A stretch of 64,000 nucleotides of DNA from Torpedo marmorata. Taxonomy: Eukaryota. Location of the stretch: contig OZ360238.1 of NCBI GenBank assembly GCA_977017645.1, positions 42,470,001 through 42,534,000 of the forward strand, read 5' to 3'. Below the pieces are notes generated by a model. The model was given only the letters and a program-made list of their open reading frames with translations, was not told the origin of the DNA and searched no databases. A program made the position numbers and the translations under genes. Every line of letters starts with the position of its first letter. Position 1 is the first letter of the stretch. This document shows positions 63,220-64,000 of the stretch, piece by piece.

Positions 63220-63985
63220 ATCAGTAAGAACGATGAGTCAACATACAGAGATGAGGTGCAGTCGCTAATGGAATGGTGCGGAACCAACAACCTGCAGCTG
63301 AACGTAAACAAAACAAAAGAGTGGGTTGTCGACTTCAGAAGCGCCCGGGGGATCATTCTCCTTTAACCATGGACGGCTCTACTGTTGAGGTCGTAAAGAG
63401 TACCAAGTTCCTTGGAGTGCACTTGGCGGAGAGTCTCAGCTGGTCCCTCAACACCAGTTCCATAGTCAAGAAAGCCCAGCAGCGTCTTTACTTCCTGCGA
63501 AGGCTGAGGAAAGTTCATCTCCCACCCCCTATCCTTACTACATTCTACAGGGGATGTATTGAGAGTATTCTGAGCAATTGCATCACCGCTTGGTTTGGTA
63601 ACTACCATCTCGGACCGAAAGACCCTGCAGAGGATAGTGAGGTCAGCGGAGAAAATTATTGGAGTCTTTCTCCCCACCATGACAGACATCTACAACACAC
63701 GATGCATGAGGAAGGCTAAAAACATTGTGAAGGACTTCTCACACCCCTTTGGTAAACTGTTTTCCCCTTTGCCATCTGGAAGGAGGTACCGAAGCACTCG
63801 GGCTCGTACGTCCAGACTGTGCAACAGTTTTTTCCCCCAAGCCATCAGGCTCCTCAATTCCTAGATATATATGTGTATTAGCATGATATTTATGTACATC
63901 TGCCCATGGTCCTGGAGAAACGCTATCTCGTCTTACTGTGTATATGGTAATGAACGACAAATAAAGGTGACTTGACTTGACTTGA
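63220..63985 (+). mobile_element. Rex1/Babar 3' fragment, subfamily B copy 2
   Basis: Highly similar to 53284-54074; two frameshifts and a ~20-bp 3'UTR deletion; (GACTT)n tail. Confidence 0.92.
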
Positions 63986-64000
63986 TAAGCAGCATTGATA

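Overview
This window is AT-rich, CpG-depleted vertebrate genomic DNA. The repeat repertoire points to a cartilaginous fish, probably a ray or skate (inference). I found no recognisable host protein-coding gene and nothing prokaryotic, so it reads as intronic or intergenic sequence filled with nested transposable elements. Retroelements: four L1 3' fragments (one very young), an RTE-clade LINE with an 82-bp target-site duplication (TSD), many Rex1/Babar and CR1 fragments, Penelope-like (GIY-YIG) elements with fold-back structure and hammerhead-like cores, a truncated Gypsy element, a solo LTR, tRNA-derived SINEs and a 5S-rRNA-derived SINE. DNA transposons: Tigger/pogo, hAT and Harbinger-type MITEs, one carrying a 1.3-kb GC-rich minisatellite. 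All long ORFs are TE-derived, TE chimeras or repeat artefacts. The best leads are a TA-CCGG-TA excision footprint whose empty site is preserved in a local inverted duplication, the 5S-derived SINE, the Penelope fold-back insertions with target-site microhomology and ribozyme-like cores, and two Rex copies with the same 5' truncation point. Family names come from recalled motifs, not database searches.
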